Part shown: one piece after another, positions 8,300-18,193 of the stretch
How positions within the stretch are numbered: the stretch's first letter is position 1
Layout: every line of letters begins with the position of its first letter
IMG/VR virus record: IMGVR_UViG_3300035665_000036
Span: 1-61,490 of that record
Origin: a virus
Taxonomy: Duplodnaviria; Caudoviricetes
Reading direction: 5' to 3' (one strand)
DNA: 61,490 nt
Notes under the pieces: generated by a model
The model's database searches: none
What the model was told of the DNA's origin: nothing
Seen by the model: only the letters and a program-made list of their open reading frames with translations
Program-made: the position numbers and the translations under genes

Positions 8300-10375
8300 T
8301 TACCTGAAAAACATTAAAAAATTACTCACATTTGTGACAAGTGACCACAACCAACCTGTATTGTTACCACTATCCACATTTCCATTTGAAGTAAGTGCTC
8401 TCCACGTTGCTCCACCAGTCACATTGGTATCTTGCAATGTACAATAAGACAATTCAATCACTCCAGAAACCTTTGATATATTTGCTTTTGTTCCTGCTGT
8501 GCTGCTCTTAATGGTTATTTGATTTCCTGAAGTCCCAGCCAAGCCGAATATGCTTGAAATAATTGTGGTTACTGCTGCAGGAAAAATTACAATTGCAGGA
8601 GAGACACTATTGGAGATGCCATAAAAGGTATTGGCACCTGTTATTGTGAGATTACCTAAACCACCCTGATTAAGCAAACAATTGTAGGTTGAATTACCTC
8701 CAACAAATGTTTTAGCAGCCGCACTTGTCAGCGTAATTGTGCCCACTCCAGTCCCTGCCGTTGTTGTAAATCCAGCAGGTACAGCATTATTAAAAGCTGT
8801 TGTACCACTCAAAGCCAATGTTCCGCCATTGAACGTGATATTTTTTGTGCCTGCTGCTGTTGTAAAGGTAGTTCTGCTCATTTGGAAACCTGCCAAATTT
8901 AACGTACCATTGGTCAGAGTTATTGCTGCGTTACTGACACAATTACTGGCCAAAACAATTGTACTTGAAACTGCATTTATGTTAAAAGGTTGTGTCCAAT
9001 TTACTGTTCCAGAATTGATTGTTTGAGTTTTAGAGCGGCCTCCGAATGTAACCGTACTAGTACCTGTCAGCGTATTAGTTGGATTTAATATGACATTACC
9101 ATAGATAGTTGGCGCTGCTAAAAAGTTAAGTGCAAGGGGTCCTGGTAACACTGAGAAATCCAAAGTCCCTATATTATAGCTATAGTTAATCTCAAGGTTT
9201 GAAACATTGCTGGTAGATCGCACATTAATTGTGTCTTGAGCTAACGGAAAACTCTCACGTACAGGTGTAGCACTCGCTGTTGGACACCATGTAAGGCTAC
9301 TGTAGGTTATGCCTGCTGCAGTATTCCATAAATAAACAGTTTTAGCGGCTGGAAATGTTATACCAGTATTACCCCCACAATCACCCAACCTGGTTCCTGT
9401 CCATGCTGTTCCTGTATTATTTATGTTTATAAAATCTGCATCAGTCAGACTAACAGTAACAGCTGTAATTGTGTAAGTAGTGGTTACAGAGTTCGTTTTA
9501 AAAAAGAGTCTAGAAGAACCGAGAGTGGTTGGCGCAGAAGCTGTTAGCGTTCCCGTAATTGTTTGATTGCCTGAGAAGATTATGGAACTTATACCAACAG
9601 CGGCTCTTCCTTTAAAATATAGGTTTACAAATGTATTAACACCTGATATGGTTGCTGTTCCAATTGAGGATGCCATAAAATTAACAGTGCCATATGATTT
9701 TCCACCACCTGCAAAAGTGGGTGACGTACCCGTGAGTGTGAAAGTCGAAGAGCTAGCATTAAGAGTTCCGACCGTTGCACTGGCAGTCCAAGCAGTACCG
9801 CTTAAACCCAATGTAATCACTGATGTACCTAAATCTACAGTTTTTGCTGTGGTTGTTGTGAACTCTGCAGCACCTGCCATTGTTATATTAAAGTTTCCAG
9901 AATTAAAGCTGCCACCCGCTAATGATAAATTACTTGCGGTCAATGCCGAACCCAATGTCCAACCACCAGAAGCACTGTTGAAAACAACGTTTGTGTTTGT
10001 CAGTGTAACACCATTGGTGGTTACAGTATTCCCTGTTGTGGTTGCCAAAAAGCGAATGGTATTACCGCCAAATGAAGATATCGCAAAATTTGTCGAAGGA
10101 TTCACCCAGCTACCGTAAACATCTAAATATGACAGATTAGGCGTACTGAATGTCACTGAAAAGTCCATTGCACTTATTGTGATATTTTTACAACTTACCG
10201 TTGCTGCTAAGAAAGTTACTGTAAATGCTACTCCCGAATCAGAACCACTGTCAAATATAACATCGTCTGCCGAAGTGGGAACGCCTGCGCCTCCTGTGCC
10301 TCCAGATGTCAGTGACCAATGCGTATTTGTGGTATCCCAGTTTCCTGCACCGCCTACCCAATAATAAGTGGCCAT
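8300..10375 (-). CDS. Beta-helix-like virion fibre/adhesin protein
   Basis: 691 aa, T/G/S/N-rich. It begins YYWVGGAGNW...WSLTSGG.GGAGVPT.ADDVIFD and contains two internally similar halves. Confidence 0.6.
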   Translation of the reverse strand: MATYYWVGGAGNWDTTNTHWSLTSGGTGGAGVPTSADDVIFDSGSDSGVAFTVTFLAATVSCKNITISAMDFSVTFSTPNLSYLDVYGSWVNPSTNFAISSFGGNTIRFLATTTGNTVTTNGVTLTNTNVVFNSASGGWTLGSALTASNLSLAGGSFNSGNFNITMAGAAEFTTTTAKTVDLGTSVITLGLSGTAWTASATVGTLNASSSTFTLTGTSPTFAGGGKSYGTVNFMASSIGTATISGVNTFVNLYFKGRAAVGISSIIFSGNQTITGTLTASAPTTLGSSRLFFKTNSVTTTYTITAVTVSLTDADFININNTGTAWTGTRLGDCGGNTGITFPAAKTVYLWNTAAGITYSSLTWCPTASATPVRESFPLAQDTINVRSTSNVSNLEINYSYNIGTLDFSVLPGPLALNFLAAPTIYGNVILNPTNTLTGTSTVTFGGRSKTQTINSGTVNWTQPFNINAVSSTIVLASNCVSNAAITLTNGTLNLAGFQMSRTTFTTAAGTKNITFNGGTLALSGTTAFNNAVPAGFTTTAGTGVGTITLTSAAAKTFVGGNSTYNCLLNQGGLGNLTITGANTFYGISNSVSPAIVIFPAAVTTIISSIFGLAGTSGNQITIKSSTAGTKANISKVSGVIELSYCTLQDTNVTGGATWRALTSNGNVDSGNNTGWLWSLVTNVSNFLMFFR

Positions 10376-10545
10376 TATATCTCCTCATTGGTAGAATTGA
10401 TAAAGCTGAGCCAACTCAAATATCTAGCTTCTTTCATATTCTCTATGTCTGCTTCAGTGTAAGAATGATCTGAAGGTAAAATTATGGCGTCTCTGTAAGT
10501 ATTATCATCTCTGATAATTTCAAAAGAAATTGATATAGTCTCCAT
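10375..10545 (-). CDS. Small hypothetical protein (probable true start ATG 10545, METISISF...)
   Basis: AAGGA RBS upstream. This start avoids overlap with 10550..10918. Confidence 0.55.
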   Translation of the reverse strand: METISISFEIIRDDNTYRDAIILPSDHSYTEADIENMKEARYLSWLSFINSTNEEI

Positions 10546-10549
10546 CAGG

Positions 10550-10918
10550 TTATCCTTGTTGTGCAACAGCAACAACATCCCAAAATAGATCCATTGCATT
10601 GTATATACAACCGATATAAAGCGTTTTTCCTGCAACTGTTGTGGTTGGAAGTGTATTACCCACACCTCTATAGCCACCGGAAGCTGTTGTCCAAGTAATT
10701 GCTGCGGCAGTTCCATTATCTTCTAACTTAAGCAATAACTTTTGACCATCAGTGGGTGTACCTGAAGGAGTTGTCAGTGTTATTGCACCACTAATTCCTG
10801 TTAAGTTGAAATGGTCTGTTATTGCTGCGTTTGGTGCAATTGTCCCAGAAGTGGTTCCAGATGTTTCTGGTCTTATTTGTATGCCGTTCTTGGCTAAAAA
10901 TTTCTTCGCGGTGGCCAT
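10550..10918 (-). CDS. Small virion fibre-associated protein
   Basis: PSGTPTDGQKLLLKLEDNGT...WDVVAV is typical of fibre C-terminal-like domains. Its N-terminus (AKKFLAKNG) resembles that of the adjacent fibre (QKRFLATNG). Confidence 0.55.
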   Translation of the reverse strand: MATAKKFLAKNGIQIRPETSGTTSGTIAPNAAITDHFNLTGISGAITLTTPSGTPTDGQKLLLKLEDNGTAAAITWTTASGGYRGVGNTLPTTTVAGKTLYIGCIYNAMDLFWDVVAVAQQG

Positions 10919-10943
10919 AGTTCTCTATCCCATATGGTTATTG

Positions 10944-12797
10944 TTAAATATCAATTAAGGTTTTGATCAGTTTAAATGTGGTTGTTGCATTTGCAGGACT
11001 TGTTAATAAGCGTAAGTTACCTGCATTAATATCAGCATCAAATGTGGCTAAAGGTGCGCCTGTGTACATTTCACCGTAAGTGGTGATATACGCAGTTGTT
11101 CCATCATGCATAACATCAATTGTCACCATGTGATACGCGGTACCTGATGTGATTTGAACTTTGTAACTTGCCGCACGATATGTGGCAACTGCTTCAGAAC
11201 TTAACACTTGGTTTGCTGTTGTTGCAGAAGTCACTAAAGTTGCAGTGGCTATCTCACCGTGAGTTAACGGAACGTTTGTATTTGTAGCTGTACTCAATGC
11301 ATCTGTAATGCCATATCCAGCCAATGTTGTTGGATTTGTGCCGGATGTCACTAAGCCTTTAGCATTAATTGTGACAGATTTATAAGTACCTGCCGTTGCA
11401 ACAGTTGCTAAGGTTAATGCACTGGAACCAGCGGATGATGTAGCATCACCTGTGAAAGCAGGTAATCTAGCAGCGGCCAATGTTCCGGATCCAATATTTG
11501 TTGCATTAGTTGTATCAGTTGTTGCAGATGCAGCCAGACCGGATACAGCGCTAGAAGCAATCGCAATTGCTGTAGATGCGGCTGCAGTCAATTGACCTTG
11601 AGCATTTACTGTAAATGTGGCCACACTTGAAGCAGAGCCATAAGAAGTAGCAGTCACGGCAGTATTTGTGATACTTAATGTGTTGCCCGATTTGGTCAAC
11701 CCTGTACCAGCTGTAATTTGACCTGCGCCAGAGAATTGAACAAAAGTGATAGCTGTTGTACCTAATGTGCCACCTGCATCTGATGTACATAAAAATCCAT
11801 TGTCTGCTTGTGAGCCCTTTTCAACAAACACATAGGCACTTGGTACTTCTGACCAAACAGACATATCAGTGCTACGAGTCCATGCACCTGCCGCTACCAA
11901 ATAAATACCATTCTCTGCAGGTAATGTTTGGTTTTTGACAAGAACTCTGTCACCTGCAACTACAGCAATAGTATCAATTGTTTGTGGAGCAGATAATGTA
12001 ATATTTGCAGTGGTTGCTGCAACAACAGAGCCTTTAGGATCTAACCCTTGAACCAATGTATCTATTTCAGTCTTGGTATATGCATCTGTGATACCATAAC
12101 CTGAAATGGTTGTTGGATTGGTACCTCCAGTAACTAACCCTTTAGCATTAACTGTGACAGACTTGTAAGTACCTGCAGTAACACCTGAAGCTGCCAAGGT
12201 TGTGGCAACTGCACCCGCAACTGTTGTAATGTCACCTGTTAAAGCTGGCATACGAGCAGCAGGCAATGTGCCTGATGTGATTGCCGTTGCAGCAAGCGCA
12301 ATTGCTGTGTTTGATGCGGCTGTTATACGACCTTTACTGTCCACAGTAAATGTGGCAACAGCTGTGGCAGAACCATAATTACCTGTTGTCACAGCTGTAT
12401 CGGCCAAGGTTGTTGTGATACTTGTGCCGGTATCACCTGTGCCTGATAAATCACCTGACAATGTGACAGTGGTGCTGATTGCTGTATTCGAAGCACTTGT
12501 GATACGACCTTTTGAATCCACGGTCAGCGTTGGAATCTGATTGCCAGAGCCGTAAGTTCCAGCCGTCACGCCACTTAACGCTAAGGTAAGAACTGCAGAA
12601 CCTACTGATGATGATACATCGCCACCTGTAATAGCAGGTAATCTGGCTGCATCAAGTGTACCTGAACTTAAGTTTGTTGCATTTATCGAAAACGCCTTTG
12701 AAACGGCATCTTGAGCATTTACAGGATCTGACACATTCGTGATGGTTTTACTGTTTGCATCAAGACCATTTGTGGCTAAAAATCTTTTTTGTGCCAT
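10944..12797 (-). CDS. Tail fibre protein with internal repeats
   Basis: Repeats: TAGTY(G/K)S...TVDSKGRIT, NPTT(I/L)(S/A)GYGITDA x2, SGTL.AAR(L/M)PA.TG x3. Also contains a GDRVLVKNQT..AENGIY block. Confidence 0.8.
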   Translation of the reverse strand: MAQKRFLATNGLDANSKTITNVSDPVNAQDAVSKAFSINATNLSSGTLDAARLPAITGGDVSSSVGSAVLTLALSGVTAGTYGSGNQIPTLTVDSKGRITSASNTAISTTVTLSGDLSGTGDTGTSITTTLADTAVTTGNYGSATAVATFTVDSKGRITAASNTAIALAATAITSGTLPAARMPALTGDITTVAGAVATTLAASGVTAGTYKSVTVNAKGLVTGGTNPTTISGYGITDAYTKTEIDTLVQGLDPKGSVVAATTANITLSAPQTIDTIAVVAGDRVLVKNQTLPAENGIYLVAAGAWTRSTDMSVWSEVPSAYVFVEKGSQADNGFLCTSDAGGTLGTTAITFVQFSGAGQITAGTGLTKSGNTLSITNTAVTATSYGSASSVATFTVNAQGQLTAAASTAIAIASSAVSGLAASATTDTTNATNIGSGTLAAARLPAFTGDATSSAGSSALTLATVATAGTYKSVTINAKGLVTSGTNPTTLAGYGITDALSTATNTNVPLTHGEIATATLVTSATTANQVLSSEAVATYRAASYKVQITSGTAYHMVTIDVMHDGTTAYITTYGEMYTGAPLATFDADINAGNLRLLTSPANATTTFKLIKTLIDI

Positions 12798-12814
12798 TTA
12801 AATTTCCTTGTAAA

Positions 12815-13330
12815 TTAATTAGTTATCAATGTTCGTATCACTTTATAAGTGATATTTGCAAAAGGACAATCCACAATCAATTTCATTGTATTGTCTTGTA
12901 TTTCAAAATGATACTGACCAAGAGGTTCGTCTGTAGCCATCATAGCGTATTCAGTGCTGTGTATGGTTTCTCCATCGTGCAAAATCAACAACTCACACAC
13001 TTGTCTTCTACCGAAAGATGTTGCGTAAATAATATATTTTGCGACACCAAACTCTGTATGTTGAAATGTGTCTAAGACAGCTTCTCCTGTTGTATTTGAA
13101 GTAAATAATTTTGAAGAGAAGTTGCCATACTCTAACGGTAATTGAGGTTGAGGATACTCAGGATCAAACGCTCTACCTGATGGACCTTGCTTGGCAGAGA
13201 CTATTAAGACAGGCTTTGCTGTCTTAAGTTGTAAAACAACTCTGTCGGATTCTTTTGCAAGTATTGTACTTGTGGTTGTGACGTTTAAGCCACTGGAAGC
13301 TGTTTTTATATTGACATTTAAGATGCTCAT
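12815..13330 (-). CDS. Virion structural protein related to the fibre C-terminal domain
   Basis: AKYIIYAT...LILHDGETIHSTEY resembles the fibre C-terminus ASYKVQIT...VMHDGTTAYITTY. Confidence 0.55.
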   Translation of the reverse strand: MSILNVNIKTASSGLNVTTTSTILAKESDRVVLQLKTAKPVLIVSAKQGPSGRAFDPEYPQPQLPLEYGNFSSKLFTSNTTGEAVLDTFQHTEFGVAKYIIYATSFGRRQVCELLILHDGETIHSTEYAMMATDEPLGQYHFEIQDNTMKLIVDCPFANITYKVIRTLITN

Positions 13331-13701
13331 TAACGCTCCCTAAGTGTCACTGTACCTATTGCCAATGTGTTTACGAAGCCATTAAGTTCAGTTGTGACAA
13401 TACTCAGCTCGAATACACCTGCACCAAGACTTTGTGTCATTGCGCTAGTCACTTCAGACCGTATGTTATATCCATTAGGTATGTCGTGATTCAACTCTAC
13501 GGTTGGTTGCTGTAAGACAACGCCATTCTGTTTAATGGTCACTGCAACACCCCATCCAGCTAGATCATAAGGTATTCCTGTATCTTCATCGCCATAACCA
13601 AGCTCAATCAAAAGTGTATCACCGACAAACTCTTTATAGTGCAACACAGCTGTTTCGCTTTCTAATGTAGCTTCTGTGCTACTCGTTGCGGATCTGGCCA
13701 T
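13330..13701 (-). CDS. Hypothetical beta-rich structural protein (BppU N-terminal-like)
   Basis: VGDTLLIEL...PYDLAGW...GVFELSI...GTVTL pattern. Confidence 0.45.
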   Translation of the reverse strand: MARSATSSTEATLESETAVLHYKEFVGDTLLIELGYGDEDTGIPYDLAGWGVAVTIKQNGVVLQQPTVELNHDIPNGYNIRSEVTSAMTQSLGAGVFELSIVTTELNGFVNTLAIGTVTLRER

Positions 13702-14057
13702 TAATAACCTTCCTTGTCGGCCTTGCGATCAAGCTTACTTTCTATTGAATCTAGCTTCTTAAAAATAGCTTCACCAAGTTTACCGACATCTTCTTTCTTT
13801 GCGTATTTGTCAACTATTAAAAGTTCAAGATTTTCCAATTTTTCAAGCTTGCTTAAAATAACTTTAAGCACACTCTCCATTTCAGTTTTCTTTACGTAAT
13901 CGCTCGTCATGGTAATCTCCATACTGCTTATTTTAGCGGTTGTTTCTTTGTCCGCTTTTTGAAGATCTTTAAGACTAGCCCATACTTCCTTTAGTAGCCA
14001 ACCCCCGAAAAATGATACTATTCCAAGAAGAATATTTATATATTCTTGTGTGGACAT
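13701..14057 (-). CDS. Membrane-anchored coiled-coil protein (holin/antiholin-like)
   Basis: Single N-terminal TM segment (INILLGIVSFFGGWLL) and a duplicated Y(V/A)KK..L(E/D)K motif. Confidence 0.5.
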   Translation of the reverse strand: MSTQEYINILLGIVSFFGGWLLKEVWASLKDLQKADKETTAKISSMEITMTSDYVKKTEMESVLKVILSKLEKLENLELLIVDKYAKKEDVGKLGEAIFKKLDSIESKLDRKADKEGY

Positions 14058-14069
14058 AATATTCCCCTA

Positions 14070-15416
14070 TTAAAAATTAAAACCACGAGAAGTTCTTTTA
14101 CTTCCCGAATTTATTGGAAATAAGTATTCAACACCATACCTTATTCCGTCTGAAAAGTGCTCAATGCCCTCTGATTTATCAATCGTGGCGGTATCTGGAT
14201 TCTTATCAACCCACTTTGTACGTTCTAATGATTGTATCGTTCCTACACATCTAGGATGGATGTATATGTCGATATCTCCAGCGGCTGTCATTAATTTCTT
14301 ATTAACTGCAGCAACACTGTCCACTATCGGTGGAGCTTTAGGGTGAGCCAAACATTTAATACCATATGACTCAAGAATACTGAAATCTGTTCTACCTACA
14401 GCGGCAGAAGTCTTACGAGCCTTTCCTGAAGGATCAGGGTAAGCGAATATTCGGTGCCCTTTATACTTAGTACTTAAGGCTATGGCCAATGTTTCTGTGT
14501 CTGGGTGCCCTTTCATTTCATCTAAGAAATGCATTTGCTTGCCTCTGACAGCAAATATGGATGTGGCCTGTATACCAACGTTAAAGTCGATACACACATG
14601 TACATCCTCTCCTTTTTCTTGTCCTTGTGGTGCCAAAAAGTCTTCAAGATCATTTGTGATATGCTTTCTTCTGTCAAAGCAATAGAACACATTGTTACCT
14701 GAATCTGCAAATGAAGCTAAATACTCGGAAGCAAATTCAATTGGATCGATTGTGTGCTTGATACGCTCAATCTCGGCCACATCTAGATAAGGCGATTGTT
14801 TATAGTCATAGTGATATGACTTCCAATTCTTGTCTGTGGATTCATATGTGTGCATCTCATGAAAGAAGTTATAGCCTTTTGGTGTACTGATTATTAATGC
14901 TCTACCTGGAGCAGGGGCACCGTATGATAAAGCCCTTTCGTTTGACCACCTTGTGATAATACATGGTTGGATAACACCTTGCCATGCTTCTTTTGGGGAT
15001 ATCCCTTTCTTACATGAAGATACTTCATCCCATACAACAAAATACGCACCTTTACCTCTCATCCGTTCAACGGCTTCGTAAGATAGCAACCGGAGTTCCA
15101 CGTTATTCGGAAACACAAATCTACCCAAATCACGAGAAGACTTGATTGCCCAATGTTCAAGCCCCAAATCATAATTGAGTAACGGATAATAAATATCAGT
15201 CACCTGATCATAAGTTGGGGCTATAATATAAACGGTTTTGTTTGGTATATTTGCTCTCAATTGCAGCAGTTCTGCAATGGCAGTCACAGCAACAGTTGCA
15301 GCTAAATAAGACTTACCAAAACCACGAGAGCAACACATCACGGCAAATCTACATACTTGACCATAGAACAAATCTTCATACACTTCTGATTGTCCAGCAT
15401 GTAAATTAATGGCCAT
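14070..15416 (-). CDS. terL: Terminase large subunit
   Basis: Walker A CSRGFGKS, Walker B FVVWDE, coupling motif ISTPKG, nuclease residues IDFN and EHFSDGIRY. A GGAGG RBS precedes ATG 15416. Confidence 0.95.
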   Translation of the reverse strand: MAINLHAGQSEVYEDLFYGQVCRFAVMCCSRGFGKSYLAATVAVTAIAELLQLRANIPNKTVYIIAPTYDQVTDIYYPLLNYDLGLEHWAIKSSRDLGRFVFPNNVELRLLSYEAVERMRGKGAYFVVWDEVSSCKKGISPKEAWQGVIQPCIITRWSNERALSYGAPAPGRALIISTPKGYNFFHEMHTYESTDKNWKSYHYDYKQSPYLDVAEIERIKHTIDPIEFASEYLASFADSGNNVFYCFDRRKHITNDLEDFLAPQGQEKGEDVHVCIDFNVGIQATSIFAVRGKQMHFLDEMKGHPDTETLAIALSTKYKGHRIFAYPDPSGKARKTSAAVGRTDFSILESYGIKCLAHPKAPPIVDSVAAVNKKLMTAAGDIDIYIHPRCVGTIQSLERTKWVDKNPDTATIDKSEGIEHFSDGIRYGVEYLFPINSGSKRTSRGFNF

Positions 15417-15572
15417 CGAAATGATCCTCCACAAATTCACACTCAAACATTCTTCTATATTCCTTTTGATCTCTGATTAGCGTCTTCGGAGGCTCTGCTT
15501 TTGGAGGCCAAATAATGTCCTTGGGTTTTTCTTTCAGCTCGTTCAATTCATAAAACATAGATTCTCTTCTTG

Positions 15573-15767
15573 TCATTCGATTGTTCCTATGTGATTTGGA
15601 TACTCAAAGAATTTACTTTTTATATGGCCACCGTAGCTTATGTGCAAGACCACACCTTGTGGCGTGTCATAATACACATACACATCATTTACCGATTTTT
15701 CTTTTTTGATTGTGGTCAAAAGATTATCCACAAAAGTTTTCTTTGGATCATGCATCAAAGTCTCCAT
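15573..15767 (-). CDS. Hypothetical protein
   Basis: ORF track, on the coding strand, packed between neighbours. Confidence 0.4.
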   Translation of the reverse strand: METLMHDPKKTFVDNLLTTIKKEKSVNDVYVYYDTPQGVVLHISYGGHIKSKFFEYPNHIGTIE

Positions 15768-15999
15768 TAAGTAATCTATGCAGAAATGTGGTCACTTGAT
15801 AACAAATTTGTGCTTTCTCAGCAGATGTGGACCAATACATATCTTTACCATCTTTTGTTTTGGCAACAATCACAATGGACTTAATATTGTCTTGTTGTTT
15901 TACCACATCTTCAAGTATTTCTTTTGTTTCCACCAAAGCTGAAGGTAAATGTCTAATGTTTGAAGTCGTCATCATTACCACCAAAATAAAAGTAAACAC
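15748..15999 (-). CDS. Hypothetical protein
   Basis: ORF track, on the coding strand. Confidence 0.45.
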   Translation of the reverse strand: MFTFILVVMMTTSNIRHLPSALVETKEILEDVVKQQDNIKSIVIVAKTKDGKDMYWSTSAEKAQICYQVTTFLHRLLNGDFDA

Positions 16000-16049
16000 C
16001 TAGGTAAAAACTCAGTGCAAATACAATGTACGATATAAATAGTACATCA

Positions 16050-16499
16050 TCAATTTTCATAAAAATCACCTTCAATTACATCGAATGCATCATCATCTGG
16101 CTGCACTTCATTTACACAATATTGTTCACCTTTCTTTGTCAAATTGACAATCAAAGGCATGGGTGCCTTTTCAGATTGATCAACATTTTCTGGCACTCTG
16201 CCGTATCCATATCTCAATAAGGCTTCACCTATTTTTATTCTTTTATCATAAAGAGCCATATGAGCTTCTGCAACATATGATCTTGCTTTACCTGTCGAGG
16301 TTAACGGCACAATTGTACCATCACGCCAACCTTCATAATACACCAATTCTTCTTCCAATTTACGATATGTGGCAACAAGCTCACCAATAGGGTCAAACCC
16401 AAGGTTCTCCAGTCGTTTAACACTCCTTTTTCCACCCATCATATAATTTGGCTTACCAAGTTTACCACTCTTTGGTTGAGTGATTTGTTTATCAACCAT
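16050..16499 (-). CDS. Probable terminase small subunit
   Basis: 149 aa, first gene after a class B motif and upstream of terL. Basic N-terminus, helical core ending EALLRYGYGRVP, acidic tail. Confidence 0.55.
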   Translation of the reverse strand: MVDKQITQPKSGKLGKPNYMMGGKRSVKRLENLGFDPIGELVATYRKLEEELVYYEGWRDGTIVPLTSTGKARSYVAEAHMALYDKRIKIGEALLRYGYGRVPENVDQSEKAPMPLIVNLTKKGEQYCVNEVQPDDDAFDVIEGDFYEN

Positions 16500-16584
16500 A
16501 CAAATGTACCTTTAATTTCATCAACTTAACAAAAAGCACATCCATTAGTACAAAGTGTCCTTCAAGAACACTAACGATTGTAAT

Positions 16585-16704
16585 TCAATCTCTCTTTTGT
16601 TTGTTTTAAACAATTAACACTGATTAAAGTGATTTATCATTAACAAACTCAATCTCTCTTTTGTTTGTTTTAAACAATTAACACTGATTAAAGTGATTTA
16701 TCAT
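16585..16704. repeat. Tandem direct repeat: two identical 56-nt copies, period 64
   Basis: TCAATCTCTCTTTTGTTTGTTTTAAACAATTAACACTGATTAAAGTGATTTATCAT at 16585-16640 and 16649-16704. Confidence 0.95.
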
Positions 16705-16849
16705 CAACAATTAACAAACTCAATCAAAAGAGATTAAAGAATCTGATGTACTAAAAGATATACTCTAACTAATCTGTAACCCAGGCAAAGCCTAAGTATA
16801 CCCTTATTGTTCTATCTTTTCTCGGTGTTCCATTTCGGAGAAACACTTT

Positions 16850-16865
16850 GGGTTAATTTAACGGG
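16850..16865 (-). promoter_or_regulatory. Class B promoter-like motif (copy 2), head of the packaging/late module
   Basis: Exact 16-mer. Confidence 0.8.
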
Positions 16866-16894
16866 TTTGTCATAACCTGAATTGCCTTTCAGAT

Positions 16895-16950
16895 AAAAAA
16901 AAAAAAAAATCTTCCCTCATGACCACCATAAAGGCAGCCACGAGGGAAGA
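16895..16950 (-). terminator. Intrinsic terminator with a 15-nt U tract
   Basis: Stem TCTTCCCTC/GAGGGAAGA next to A15 on the plus strand. Confidence 0.75.
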
Positions 16951-17068
16951 GTCAAAGGGTTATGAAATGATTATCAAGATCGACCTTACCAGTGGGTACG
17001 CCTTCAGCAGAGATTCGCCAATCCTCACTGTCACCTTGTCATCCACTTTCAGATCCTCTCATTCAACC

Positions 17069-17248
17069 AAATCATTGGGCGTTCATCAACATAGCTTCCT
17101 TCAGGAGTCCAACTTTCCATGCACCATTTCTCCTTATCAATCGCTAGAACCGCACCATGTATAGGGTACTCACCACCACCGTCCACACAGTAGATTCTCA
17201 CAGGTTTCCGTCACGTGTTTTGTATGTTTTGTTCAAATCAATGATCAT
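17069..17248 (-). pseudogene. Frameshifted member of the KYKTRDG domain family (or sequencing error)
   Basis: Reads MIIDLNKTYKTRDG / PVRIYCVDGGGEYPIHGAV...WTPEGSY / NDLVE if one A is added in each of two A runs. Confidence 0.6.
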
Positions 17249-17538
17249 TATCTAATCTCCTCAATTTTGACTTTATTCAGTAACACAAATTTATTTATTC
17301 TTCCAAGAGCACATTTATTAAAATCTTCATTGGAGATTTCGCAGGAGTTTTCCACCTCTGTTGGCCCATGAAACCTATTACCATTATTGAGGCTGATTAA
17401 CGCAATCGAGTCATTGTAAACTCGTGAAAGAATATAAAGCCCCTTCTCATGCCAATCATCTGTGTACTGGTAAATGTTACCAACTTTATGAACACTTTCT
17501 TTTCCCTTTTGTTCCACATTTATGATAATTTCAGTCAT
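17248..17538 (-). CDS. Hypothetical protein
   Basis: ORF track, coupled to neighbours. Confidence 0.55.
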   Translation of the reverse strand: MTEIIINVEQKGKESVHKVGNIYQYTDDWHEKGLYILSRVYNDSIALISLNNGNRFHGPTEVENSCEISNEDFNKCALGRINKFVLLNKVKIEEIR

Positions 17539-18193
17539 TGATGATCTCCACGTCCCAGCTTGTCAAGTCAAAATTTATGGTGCCAAATGCTGACCAACTG
17601 GTTGCACCATCACAAAATACTTTTATTTTATTCTTGTCAGCCACCCCTGCAAAATATCTTTTGGTGCTTGTACGAGGTGATAGGCTAGTGAGCCTCAATT
17701 TGGTGTCCACAGGAACTTTACTCCAATCGATTTCTTCAACTTCAACCTCAACAAGATCAAAAGGCATTTCGTCATTTTTACCGTAATAAAAACCATCGAT
17801 GGTCCAATGTGCCATGATCCAGCTATTGGTGTGGCGTTCTCTTATTGCACCCATGACAGCATAAGATTGATCAGGCAATATTTCGTAAAGTTTTACTTCA
17901 CCACCGTCCTTTGTTTTGTACTTCTTACCAATTTCAATTTGCATTGTTGTGTCCTCCACTAAGTCAAAAGGGTTTTCAACACCGTTGTAGAGATATTTGC
18001 CGTCTTTTGTGCAATAACATTCAATCCAGTCTCCACTATTCGACAGATACTCGAATTTGACAGGATATTTATGCTCACCGCAATCCAGAACCAACAAGTT
18101 TACTTTATGACCATCTCTTGTTTTATACTTTTTACGTATGTTAAGAATCATTGCATTCTGCATCTCTCTTTGCCCCTTATTTACATCAATCAT
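17531..18193 (-). CDS. Hypothetical protein with two KYKT(R/K)DG...FDLVE repeats
   Basis: Internal duplication visible in the translation. Confidence 0.7.
   Translation of the reverse strand: MIDVNKGQREMQNAMILNIRKKYKTRDGHKVNLLVLDCGEHKYPVKFEYLSNSGDWIECYCTKDGKYLYNGVENPFDLVEDTTMQIEIGKKYKTKDGGEVKLYEILPDQSYAVMGAIRERHTNSWIMAHWTIDGFYYGKNDEMPFDLVEVEVEEIDWSKVPVDTKLRLTSLSPRTSTKRYFAGVADKNKIKVFCDGATSWSAFGTINFDLTSWDVEIIND

Noticed and set aside
16585-16725. CRISPR mini-array
   Set aside because: Only two 56-nt copies separated by 8 nt, with no spacer-sized unique sequences and no cas operon.
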